Shown piece after piece: positions 1 through 11,625 of a stretch of 64,000 bases of DNA. Made by a program: the position numbers and the translations under genes. Below the pieces are notes generated by a model that searched no databases, had not been told where the DNA came from, and was given only the letters and a program-made list of their open reading frames with translations. Source of the stretch: Pristiophorus japonicus (Eukaryota); the NCBI RefSeq assembly GCF_044704955.1, contig NC_091980.1, forward strand, positions 127,906,001 through 127,970,000. The letters are read 5' to 3'. Every line of letters starts with the position of its first letter. Positions within the stretch are counted from its first letter, which is position 1.

Positions 1-204
1 CCAGCCAGCCAAAGGGACGTAACATATATCACTTTTTATTATAACCTCATTGTATCTCTGTTGTAACTAAGGTAGGTTTGTAGGATATTTGATGACTGCT
101 GTTAAATGCATATGTGTGTTTTTAATAAACTGTTCCAATTCTTTTAAAGAGAATCTTCTTACTGTCAAATGTAAGCCCACAGAGATTTTGAAATCCTACA
201 AAAT

Positions 205-222
205 TGGTGGAGAATGCAGGCA
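205..222 (+). promoter_or_regulatory. Primer-binding site complementary to tRNA-Ala(AGC) 3' end
   Basis: TGGTGGAGAATGCAGGCA vs expected TGGTGGAGAATGCGGGCA (17/18, from recalled vertebrate tRNA-Ala), 4 nt after LTR-terminal CA. Confidence 0.85.
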
Positions 223-437
223 ACTGGCGAGACAGCTTTTTGATGATTCTTTTGAACAATTGGAAATCTCGGGAGTTGTGATTCTAACCTTTGTTGTGAT
301 TATAATTGAAACAATTAAACGGATCTGGAGTTGCGTCTTAGGGGAGCAGTCGTCTTGATAGTTGTAACTCTTTAAGTGGAGTGGTTTGGAACTGTTTAAG
401 TCAGGACCCACCAGTAGTCATATTCAAAAGACACAAG

Positions 438-2224
438 ATGAAGGGATCGGTCATGGACAGAAAGCCAAAAATAAAAAGTAATGTTGAGCTAGTTTATCAG
501 GAGAAGTTATCCAAAATGCTCCCGATAAAAGACGCAAAAGAGGCACCGCACGAAGGTAGACCTGCGTCATTTGGGGAGATGGTGAAAATTATATAGGAGA
601 GGTTAAATAGGGGAGAGCTGAGATCAAAACGGGCAAACAGTCTCGTGGCGTTTAGTGCTTTTTATTGTGCCTGGAGAGATGAGGAATTAATGAGGCAAGA
701 CGTCAAAGTGATACAAGATTTGAAAGAATTGCAAGTAAAAGAGATTCAGTGCAAAGAAAGAGAGATTGAAGGTATAAAACAACAAAGGAAGAAGGCCTTC
801 AACTTGTGAAGCAATTAAAAGAAGGAGAAATGCAGCATTTATGACAGGGAATTGGCCACTTAACCCACAATATTAAGCAATTAGAAAGAGGGGCCGAACA
901 GCCAGCTTCACTGCTACAACAACAAAGCCTTTGAAACTTAAATGTCACCGCAGCCGTTGTTGAAGCAAATTAAAACAAATTTGAGTTAAAAAATATAAAT
1001 TGGAAAACTTGAGGCTCCAGCAAGGGATAGAGGTGCATTAAGAGAAGTCATTAAGAAGCCAGATAGGGAGGCAGATCACACCCAATGCCAACTAGAAATA
1101 GCGAGGCTAAAAAGTAAGTTCGGGGAGCAGCAGGCCCTGGCATCCGCAGTAACATGGGGACCCATAACAGAGACAGCAGAAGGGGAAAAGGGGGAACAGA
1201 TTGGGAAGAGGAAGGAAGTCAGTATAAACCCCAGGTGAGTGGTGTAGAATGGGATATCTTGGAGACACAGGAGCCAATCGTAGCCATAGTAACCACTTCT
1301 TCACGATGTAGTGCGCACGGCAACATCACCAGTAACCATGCCGACTCATGGCCCATATCTGGCGCTGACGCTGCAGCATGTAGCCACGAGTTGGGGCTCA
1401 TTAATGATGGGGACGACCCACTGGAAGTTAATAGGAGGTGGGCAAATTTCAGCAGGGGTCACCCCGAGTTGGAAGAGTGAGACTTAACACGAGTTCTCTT
1501 CTTGGCCTGTTCTACTTCCCTAAAAGATAATCTGCCAGAAGCAGTCCTCCAGGCTGCCGCAGCGGCGGATGTACTCATGACCGAGATCCTAAACCATTTA
1601 GGGATCCGAAACTTGAACTTAGTGACTCTGCTTAATCAGACCAAGCAGCGCCCAGAAGAGACCCCTATAACCTTCAGTAATCACCTGTATGATATCGATC
1701 AACGTACGCAGAACCAGGCACCCGCACATGTTACAGTAGGAAAGAATCAGGAACAATTTAAATCGATGTTCCTGACCCAACTCCATCCTTTAGTTAAAAC
1801 CACCCTGGGAATAGCCAAGAGGCCCACCAATCAGTGGACAGATATAGAGACCAACACTCAAATAGCCTGGGGGATGGTAAAAGACCAGTTAAAGGGGAAG
1901 TCACCACCCACTGCAAATAAACCAGTGTCAATGGTGGAGGGATCTCGAAACTACCCCTTTCAGGGACAGTGCTTTAATTGTAAGAAGGTAGGCCACCTAG
2001 CAAAAGACTGCAGCAGACCCTGACCGGCACCGAACCATGATGCAACGCATAGATATCTCTCGAGGGACGAATCCAAGCCCTCTGGGACAGATCAAAGATT
2101 GGATAAATCGATAACCCTTATACAAACCCAAATTCCAATGGGGAGGATGCAAAATTATTTACCGGTGCACGTAATCGACAATGCACACTCATTAGAGAAA
2201 CCCATTCCAGGATTGACCCTATGA
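438..2224 (+). pseudogene. gag: gag of element A (stops/frameshifts)
   Basis: Coiled-coil-like N part, capsid-like QTKQRPEETPITFSNHL, zinc knuckle CFNCKKVGHLAKDC; frame continues past TGA 2021 to TGA 2222-2224. Confidence 0.8.
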
Positions 2225-3763
2225 CAGGGGTCGGCCCCCAAAGATTGGTCGGAAGTGGGGCTCCGACGTGATGGTAGTGGAAGACCAGTAGATCTTGTTG
2301 TTTTAAAAGGGGGCTGGCAGCAGTTTATGCTTATCGATACTGGCTCAACTGTTACCATCACCCACACCCCATACTCTGAATGCCATGCAGTGGCGGGCAA
2401 GGGTTGTATGACCCTTAAAGGGTTTAATGGTGATACAACCACCACGTATACAGGGAAGGCCACTGCACTTCAATTAGGAGGCCTCACCTATAAGGTCCCA
2501 GCACCTATGCTGATGACCACCCCCGATGGAAGGGGAATTTTAGGGACTGATGTGTTGGATCAGTATGGCGTGGTGATAGATTATAGTCAGGATTGTGTTT
2601 GGATGGGATTGGTAGATAAGGCAGGAGCGATAGAAATTTCAGATGCTCACTCGGCTTTTGCTATTAATAAGCCATCTGAGTATGACGCTAAAGGGAGAGA
2701 AAATGAAGCAGTGGCGAAGTTAATTCGGGAACACCTAGCTGTGTTTGCCACATGGAAGCATGACTGTGGGATAATGGCAGGCGAGGAATCTATTGAGGGA
2801 CCCCACTACTCATTCACTGAACAGTATCCCATCCCAAGGGAGAGTCACCCTTACATCCGAGACACCATAAAATCTCTAGTCGAGCAGGGTGTTCTTAGGA
2901 CAGGCACTTTCACGACCAATTCACCCGCATGGCCGGTTCAAAAGCCTGATAGCAGCTGGCGACTGACTACTGATTACAGAAAGCCTACTCACCGGTAGTA
3001 AGAGAAACTCGGACCATATTATCTCCAATTCCTGCTGGTTCCAAGTACTTCTTAACCCTCGATATCGCCAATGGATTCTGGAGTATCCCTGTTAAAGGGG
3101 AAGACCAATACAAATTTGCATTCACATTTGAGGACTAGAGCTGCACCTGGACATGCTTGCCTCAGGGGTTCCACAATGCCCCCACAATATTTCACAAAAG
3201 AATGGCTGCAATTTTTAAAAACTTTTCCGACCTGCTTGCTGCGTTACGTAGATCACCTGCTGCTGGCAACCGACAGCATGGAGGAGCATCTGTCCCTTTC
3301 GCACAAACTTTTGACATTGTTGGCTCAGGTGGGACTAAAGGTGAATCCCTGTAAGGTTCAATTAGTAAAAAAACGGGTCACTTTTCTAGGAGTGTCCATT
3401 TCTCCAGAGAGATCATCCCCTGACTCTCACAAAGTGGAGATAAAACAGCGACTGCCATTACCCCTACAATCATTCTTGGGTTTGGTGGTGTACCAAAGGA
3501 ACATTATCCCAGGCTTTGCAGAGTGTGCAAAGCCACTGTATGATTTAATAAAACTGCAGAGTGTTGACATACGCCCGGCATGGACTGATACCCACACCCA
3601 GTCTGTGGCTAAATTAAAAACTGCAGTGATACAGGTCGCATGTCTGATCCCTCCTGACCCCACGCAGCCCTTCCATTTGGAGTTCGGGGCCACAGAGCAA
3701 AACCTCACTGCAGTTCTGTGCCAAATGCAAGCTAATCGACTGCAGCCCATTGCATATGCGTCT
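2225..3763 (+). pseudogene. pol: pro-RT-tether part of pol of element A
   Basis: ORFs 2255-2998 (MLIDTGS, GILGTD, NSPAWPVQKPDSSWRLTTDYRK), 3157-3354 (PQGFHNAPTIFH), 3071-3874 (YVDHLLL, QPIAYAS); cut at 3763 by LTR of element B. Confidence 0.9.
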
Positions 3764-5213
3764 TGTAAGGGGTGGTTTGCAGGGGGTCAACTTTCCCTTC
3801 TGACCTTATATGAGCGGTTCCGAATCACTCCCACACCCTTGGTTCTAGACACTGGATTTATGAAGGGACTGTGACAGACTTGGACAGACAATCGGTTTCA
3901 AGGTAGGAAGCAGGCATGGCTTTATTGTGTTTAAAAAAGAAGTAAAAGGCACACCTTTAATAACACACACAGACCAATACACACTGAGGGGTACAACACA
4001 TTGAATAAAATGTCAAATTACAGCCTGTGGGAAAAAGAATACAGCTTAAACTCTAAATGGGGTAAAGAGGAGAATGCAGATACATTTACACAAGTTATCC
4101 CAGCCTCCCCCCTCCCAATTCCCCTGACTAACTAAGTTATAGCTCTGAGAGTTCAGGGGCTATGCTCACCAATCCCTTTAGACAGTTGCCGGTGAATCAC
4201 GGTTTTGGGGTTCACTGCACTTGGCCTTCTAGGCGAGCCGCACCCTGGATGGAGGAGAGGACTTCGGACTGCGTAGTCTTCGGTTGGGGTGCGTCCGTTG
4301 ATGCGCTAAGTTGCGTTTTGGATGTATGGGGTAAGTACCCACTTTCTTTGGTTAGGAATAGTTTTAGCTAGTCCCTTTTGGTAATTTCTCCCCCGTTGGG
4401 TCATTCAGAAGTAGATTGTAGCGTGGTTGTCAATTTGGTTGCCGACAACCTTCCGTTTCGTGGGCCTCATGCTCGGTCAGTTCCTGATGAGTTCTGGTAG
4501 TTTCCTTCACTATTCCATTTCTTCACTGTAGAGGAAACAGGCTGCTTGTGTCTGTGTCTATGTTCCAGTCTGTGCGAGTTTCAGTCTGTGTTCTGCTTCG
4601 AGTCTGTGTTCTGCTAGTCTTTCCTTGTAAAACTGGGGGATAGATATATCCCAAAAAAGGCTCCGTTATCTCCCATCAAATCTCTTGGGCTCTGTTTAAA
4701 CTGTTCTGTCCATTGATTTTCAAATGTCTCCTTTGTCAGCAGTAACTCGATTAGGGTGTGAGAATGTGCTATCACTGGTTTTGCATTGTTTTAGGATTGT
4801 CCAGTTTCTTGACCATAATTTCCATTGTGCTTGATTGGGTAATTCGATTATCTCTTAGAGGATGAATAGCCTGGGATCCTTAATACACGAATTTGCTTCA
4901 GAGGTTGACCCCACTTCCTGTATTTGGTAACTCTTTTTCGCAACCAAAATGTTATAGAATCTTAAAATTGATATGCTCCTTCCCATAGATGTTTAGGGGA
5001 TCTCAAGCTTCTGTAATTTAGGTCCATTTTGAATTCTCTTTCCGATGAGTCCAAACACTTGGGGGGGGGGGGGTCTCCATGAATGCATCTCCTTTTATCC
5101 CCCGCAGGCTTTGTCTGCCCCTTTAAACTTATTTTAAAAGCTCAGAAAGGGATTCTCCTCCTCTGCAGGGGAAAGGTACCTGGAATCTTTGCGAGATATT
5201 GGTAAATTCTACA
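3764..5213 (-). repeat. 3' LTR of element B
   Basis: On minus strand begins TGTAGAA right after the PPT and ends CCCTTACA at the junction with element A pol; AATAAA present. Confidence 0.8.
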
Positions 5214-6074
5214 TTCCCCCCTGTGATACCATATCACTTATGGTATCATCTTCGAGGTGAGCAAAGTTCCTGACTCCCAAGAGATAACCTTCCCCGTAAA
5301 TTAGCTAAACTAATACCCAAAATGCATTACACTTATGCAACATCACCATAGATGCACACTTTTCCCTTTACAGGTACAAACTTTTTACATTTACACCCTC
5401 CCAGCTTGGAGGGGGTTCAATTACGACAATTGCATTTCAGCACAGTTACATTTCATTTCAGTTACATTATATTCACCAGCATATAGGCAACGTACAACCA
5501 CATTACAGAAGGAAAAAAACATAGATTAAAATTAAACAACATCAATTGGTCTCCTGAGGTTTGTCCATCACCCGGTAATGTCTGGATACTGCCCTTGAGA
5601 ACTGCTCTCGGGCTGGCTGACACATAAGACAAACTCAATATAATCAGCTAAACATTACTGCAACATTACCCTCAATTCTAAACTAAACCTTAAAATGTAA
5701 AATGGTGCAGTCAGCTGCCTTAAACTAAAATTAGAGCTATGTACAACCACCACCCGTCTCCGGGTGGCCTGGTTAGTCCCTGTCAGGCCCATGCCTTGTG
5801 CGGCCTGATAGCCGCCTGGATGCTATGGTTTCCCCGCAGCCGATGAGCTGGAGACCCTTGTCTCTGGGACAGCTCGTTGCTACTGCTCCTGTGAGACCCT
5901 CACCGCTGGAGGCGGCTGGCTGGTCGTCCTTACTCTGAGCGGCCTCTGTACTTCTGACCTTCGGCCTTTCTTGTCGGGCTGCCCTACTCCTAGGGTAGAA
6001 TCGCTGAGGCTCAGATGCCAGTGACCACGGTATCTTTGGCCGTGGTGTACGGAGGGTCCTTCTCAGGGCTTGGG

Positions 6075-9000
6075 TTACTGGGGGTGCATCCGAATCCCAA
6101 TGGATGGGATAGCCCCTCCAGTACTGCAATTCACCGTCCCTATATGCACGGTTTCTGAACCTGCCACATTCCCTGTGGGCCCTCCACCATCGGAGGCAGC
6201 CAACGGAGGGTCCCTGTCCTGAGGACGGTTCCCCCCTCCCGGCTGCCCTCTCTGCTTGGCCGAACCTGGGTTGTACAGCTTGCACTGGTTGATGTGGAAC
6301 CACTTAGTACGGTGGGGCAGCTTTATGGCATAGACCATCGGGCTTGCCTTGTCCACAATGCTGTATGGCCCCATATTTAATGCTTCAAAAACCTCGACCA
6401 AAGCATAGTTCCTCACCATGACCTGGTCCCCTATCTCCCATTCGTGGTGTTTGCTGAGTTCTAGCAGCAATCGGTTACTCCGATGCTGTCTGCCCATGTT
6501 ACTAGCAGCCTGCCAGTGAATCTGTTTGAGGTGTTCAAACAGGTTCCTGATAAACCGTTCCCAGTTCACCTCTCTGAGCTGACCTTCTGTGAGCACCGGG
6601 GCTAGGACATGGGTGGGGGTCCGCATGATCCGGCCAGTCATGAGCTCGTATGGGGAATACCCGGTGCTCTTTGACTGGCTAGCTCGGATCCCCATTAGGA
6701 CCAACGGTAAGACCTCCACCCACTTTTGGGGTGAGTCTCCCATTTCCTTCCGCAGCCTTTCTTTAATGGTGCGGTTTAAACACTCCACAATACCCGATGA
6801 CTGTGGATTGTGGGCAACATGCCATTTCCCCTCAATGCCGAGCACCTTAAGGGTTGCCTGCATTACCTGCCCGGTGAAATGGCTCCCCTGGTCCGACTCC
6901 ACATACTGTGGGAGTCCCCACCAGGAGAACACTTCCCTCACTAGAATCTTAGCTGTCCCTAGTGCGGTGGCTGTTCGGCAGGGGAACCATTTTGAGAACA
7001 CGTCCACCAGGACTAGGCAGTATTTGTAGCCTCCCTGGGCGGTGGGTAGGGGCCTGATGTAGTCAATTTGGATTGACTGCCATGGTCCCTCTACCCTCCT
7101 GACGTGTCCTAGGGACACCTTCCTTTTCTGGGGGTCAGGGTTGTTCGCAGCACACACCAGACAGTTCGCACAGAACTCGCGGATGTCCTCCCTGAGTCCC
7201 GTCCACCATCCTGCCTGTTCCACCCGTTGCCAGGTGGTCTCAGGCCCGGGGTGTCCAGCTCCTGGACCCTCATGGGTCAGTTTTAGGAATTCCCTCTGGT
7301 GCTGCTGTGGCACGACCCATTGTCCCTCTTTAACCAGCATGCCTTCGTTAATGGTAATGGCTGCTGTGCCGTACGGACCTTCTACTCTCTCTCCTCTAGC
7401 TAGCGCGTTCAGGACAGCTTTCAGGACTGGGTCCTGTAGCTGAACTGTTTTTAAGTCCGGGGCCAAAGCTATCCCTGTACTCTCTGCTGCCCTGTTCTTT
7501 TTCTTGACTGCTGCTATGCGGCCGGTGTCATAGGGGTCCCAGAACTTTCCCATGCGGGCACCTTCTTTGGCCAGTTTGTCAGCCTGTTGGTTTCCCTCTG
7601 CACGGGGTTTGGTTTTTTGAATGGGCCTTCACCTTATGTATGTGGACCTTTTCCTCTTCCCCCACCACTGTCATGATTTTCTCCAGCAGGGGCTTGATTG
7701 CCAGGGGTCTCCCGTCAGCGGACGTGTATCCGCGACGGGACCAGATAGCCAGGTACTCCGTACACGAATTGCAGGTGAACATACTGTCCGAGCAAATTGT
7801 GTATGGGGTAGGGAATTCCTCAGGGTGGGTCACCACGTACATTACGGCGGACAGTTCAGCATGCTGGGCGCTCATGGTGCTGGGGAGCTTGATTGCAAGG
7901 GCAATACCTGCCCTTGGGTCATAGACTCCGCACCCAGTGAATCGTTCGCCAGCAGATACCGTGCTGGACCCGTCCACGTAGATGTCCCGGCTTGTAGGGT
8001 GTAACCCAGCCCGAAGGCCAATGTTCACCTCCCATACCCCTTCTATGGAGCACCTGTGGGCTTTCCCTGAATAGATTAGGTTGTCTGCGAGCCTTGGCTC
8101 GCGGGGGCCTTCTACTCTGAGGTCCATCTGGGAGAGGAGCAGGGTCCAGCGAGCAATGCGGGCACAGCTCACCATCCCGTCCTTAATCCTCCCATCTAGG
8201 AGCATCTGAGTAGGTGTGTGGTGGGTTAGGAGTGTTAGAGGAGACCCTCCCGTGAAGATCTTTTCACTGCCCAATGTGTGGCTAGGAGGTGTCTCTCACA
8301 GTTGGAGTACCCCCTTCTCCACATCTGTGAGGATCCTGGAGGAGTAAACCACCGGTCTCAGCTGGCCGTGCCGCTCTTGAAGCAGCACTGAGCTCAAACT
8401 GTCCCTGCTGGCTGCCACCTCCAGGAAAAACTCCTTTCCTACATCTATCGCTCCCAAGGCTGGTGCGGTCTGCAAGTCCTTCTTGAGCTGATTAAATGCT
8501 GCCTCGCAACTCTCATCCCAGTCCCACTCTACACCCTTGTGTAGGAGCCTGAGCAGAGGGGTTGCGGTGGCTGCATAATCCTCAATGAAGTCTCTGCAGT
8601 ACCCGGTGATCCCTAGAAAGGATCTTACCCCTGTCACTGTGTTGGGGGCTGGTAACTCCTGTACTGCCTCCCTTCTAGCCTTGTCTATGGCCCTTTCCCC
8701 AGCGCGCACAGTCAGCCCCAGGAATTTGACTTCCTTCTGGCCGATCTGTGCCTTCTTGGGGTTTACTTTAAACCCTTCTTCTTTTAGCAGCTCCAGCAGC
8801 TCAGCCAGCAGTGGACCATGTTCCTCCCCCTGATCGGTGAACAGAAGCAGGTCATCCACATACTGCACCAACTGCTGGGGTCTGCTAAAGCCCTTTAAAC
8901 AGTTCGCCATACATTGGTGAAAAGTGCTGGGACTATTGTGGAAGCCTTGGGGAAGACAGTTCCACGTGTATTGTTGGCCCTTAAAGGTAAAGGCGAACTT

Positions 9001-9700
9001 GTACTGGTCCTCCCATTTTAAAGGAATGGACCAGAACCCATTTGAAATGTCCAGCACCGTGAAAGTGGTCGTAGATGCTGGAATACTCCCTATGAGATCC
9101 GCTACGGCTGCTACAGTGGGTGCACAGGCAGGGATATTCTTATTTAGTACTCGATAATCCACGGTGGCCCTCCATGAGTTGTCCGGTTTCTTAATCGGCC
9201 ACAGTGGAGAGTTCACATGGGTTGCTATTGGTCTTAACACCCCTTGCTCCACCAGTGATCCCAGCGCCAGGTCTGTCTCTGCCTCCCTGGGAAAGTTATA
9301 TTGCTTTTGTGGTCAGGTCATGGGGTCCCCTACTATACTAACTTCCACCCCCGTTACCCTACCACAGTCATGTTTGTGAGTGGCAAATGCTGCAAGGTGT
9401 GCCCATACATATGCCTGGTACTCCACTGGGGTGTTACTGACCAGTAATTCCAAGTCATAACCCTCCTTTGGCTTCACGGTACACAATGTTCCCTTGGCCC
9501 CTTTTTCTGGGATCACCGCCACTTCACCTTCCCTGTCAGTCACTATGGCTCCCCATAGACAGTGGTTCCTGAGATCCACTAGGATCTGGTGGCCAATGAT
9601 AAAATCAACCCCCAGGATCCCTTTTCCCTTCTGCTCCCATTTCATCAGGACACATTTCCATTTGATTTTGAGTGTCCCTAACTGAATGGTCAGCGAGATG
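6075..9700 (-). pseudogene. pol: pol polyprotein of element B (frameshifted)
   Basis: Protease C-half GILGVDF, RT, degenerate RNase H (EVAAS), second RNase H, integrase with GPY motif; split over 4 ORFs. Confidence 0.92.
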
Positions 9701-9702
9701 GC

Positions 9703-11062
9703 CAGAGCAAGCAGAGCAGCCAAGGACGCTGCGATTGATGGGGAGATAGAGGATACAGTTGTTGAGTCCTGCAATGTTCTTGACAAGGCCTCCCCAACAG
9801 ATCACCTAGATTTAAAATCCCTGCAGCAGTAACACTGGTCATATGCTGTTGTAAGCGCCTGGCACGAGGAAGGCAGACCCCTTCCTCAACCAACAGCCTG
9901 GGCTCCTAATACCATACTAGCCACTGCCCCTGACTCAGATGAGCAGTTGGTGATGTTCAAAAGAAAGCCAGACGCCTGCCCGGTGGTGTGTGGTCCACCA
10001 GAGGTGGGTTAGGAACTGATTTCCCTCCTTCACTCCCACCCTACAGCAGGGCACTATTCTGCCCTAGTAACTTTCTACAAGGTAGCATCCACAGCTTGGT
10101 GACCTTGCATGGTGAAAATAATCAACCAATACGTGGCACGATGCCTACTGTACCTGCAACACAATTCTCCCGCATGCACTAACCGGGCCTTGCTTCAAAG
10201 CGCACCCCCACCTCAAGGGCCATAGACTCACCTTCAGATAGACTTCATTGGGCCACTTCCACAGGCGCAAGGCAATTTTCAGCATGCCCGCGTGGTGGTG
10301 GATCAATTCACTTAATGGATCAAAGCATTCCCCTGCCGCTCCAACACCGCAATCACAGCAGCCAAAACACTATTGAATCATGTGTTTTGTAGGTGGGGAG
10401 TACAAGTACAAATGGACAGCGATCAAGGTTCACACTTTACCAGTAAAATTTTTACCCACCTGCAGGAAATGTTGGGGATAAAACACAAATTACATATTGC
10501 TCACCACCTCCAGTCGTCCGGAGGGGTCGAAAGGGGGAACAGGACCCTCAAGTTAATGTCAAAAAAATTGTGTGTGGACCAGGCTACTCAATGGGCTAAC
10601 ATGCTGCCAATGTGCTTAATGGTAATGAGGTCCACACCTCATCGAACAACAGGGGTCTCCCCATATCAGGCCATGACGGGGAGGCTCATGATAACAACAG
10701 GCCAGCTAACACTAACAGGGATGAGTCCCCTGACAATGAAAACATGTAGTTCCAAGTGGCTGGAACAAGTGATAGATCACACCGATCAGATCAATCGATT
10801 TGTGGCCACCAAATTGGGGAAGTCAAAAAGAAAAATTAAAAAGTACAAGAAAATACATCCCTTTGAATACGACGTGGGAGATTCAGTAATGATTCCAAAT
10901 TATGGCAAAAAGAAGCATGCCTTTGTGCCCAGGTTCTGGGGACCGCATAAGATTATAGACCGATTGAACCTCACGGTCTATTTGATTCAGTTGCCGGGGA
11001 AAAAAGGTGTTAAGTACAAGAAGTGGTTTCACATTAATCAGTTAAAAACTACCAAAGAGTAA
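9703..11062 (+). pseudogene. pol: Integrase region of element A
   Basis: ORF 10373-11062 DSDQGSHFT, SSGGVERGNRTLK, WGPHKI, WFHINQLK; upstream HHCC in broken frames. Confidence 0.9.
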
Positions 11063-11092
11063 ATACTGCACTGATCTTGTTTCCCACAGACC

Positions 11093-11293
11093 ATGTTACG
11101 GATCCTCATGATTGTCAGGACGGCACTGGCCAAAACCAAAGCCGAGGGAAGATGGAGAAGCGGGAGCTGCAGCATGACTCACGAACATCATCAATCATCA
11201 ATGTGCTGTGAGAAGCGACGGTGCACTGAAAATACGAGGTGGGGACCAAGTCAGGCCATCCACCTTTCTCTCTCTCCCTCTCAATGTCTGTGA
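11093..11293 (+). pseudogene. Third ORF of element A (env-like N-terminus, internally deleted)
   Basis: Follows pol stop; preceded by branch point/polypyrimidine/CAG acceptor (AG 11088-11089) and ACCATG; N-terminus MLRILMIVRTALA, Cys-rich; same start in second copy 22492-22770 (-). Confidence 0.5.
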
Positions 11294-11362
11294 TATGTGA
11301 TCCCTGAGGAGATAAGCCATATGAGATGTCAATAAGTATATTTCACCTCAAGGTGGGGAGTT

Positions 11363-11625
11363 TGTAAGAATAAAAGTGTTTATTAATTGATTCTGTGCCT
11401 GTATAAATGTTAAAAATGTCAATTATATGGAAAGGCCTCTTTGTGTTGAAACAAAATGGATGCCCACAGAGCCCACAGAGATGCCACCTGGCTTTTGTGT
11501 ATTGGCCTCCAGAACAAAATGGAGGCCCAGAGAGATGCTGCATGGCTTTTGTGTATTGGCCTCCAGACAACCACATGTGTGAGGAGAGCCAATAAGTAGC
11601 TGCCTGGAGCCAAGATCCAATCATG
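11363..11625 (+). repeat. Partial 3' LTR (U3) of element A with internal ~55 bp tandem repeat
   Basis: TG start after PPT; TGGCTTTTGTGTATTGGCCTCCAGA occurs twice; truncated by element D LTR. Confidence 0.65.

Larger units (their letters stand above)
3764..9702 (-). mobile_element. LTR retroelement 'B' (5'-deleted; pro-RT-tether-RNase H-IN, PPT, ~1.45 kb 3' LTR), nested antisense in element A
   Basis: Minus-strand ORFs 8296-9252 (LPQGFHNSP, YVDD), 7579-8274 (YVDGSS, SAQHAEL, CSDS, KVKAH), 6075-7553 (HHCC, IDYI, SDQG, E); PPT CAGGGGGGAA at 5214-5223. Confidence 0.92.
1..11625 (+). mobile_element. Retrovirus-like LTR retroelement 'A' (decayed; LTR-PBS-gag-pro-pol-env-like-PPT-LTR), interrupted by element B
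   Basis: LTR end ...CCTACA at 200, PBS 205-222, gag with CCHC knuckle, protease IDTG, RT LPQGFHNAP/YVD, integrase DSDQGSHFT...ERGNRTLK, PPT AAGGTGGGGAG 11350-11360 then TGTAAG at 11363. Confidence 0.9.

Noticed and set aside
6589-9379. Plus-strand ORFs over element B (and similar antisense ORFs over C, D, CR1, Tx1)
   Set aside because: Shadow frames of recognisable TE genes with no independent motifs
1-11625. Foamy virus assignment for element A
   Set aside because: Gag has a CCHC knuckle, the PBS is tRNA-Ala and gag-pol are in frame, unlike described spumaviruses; phylogeny still needed
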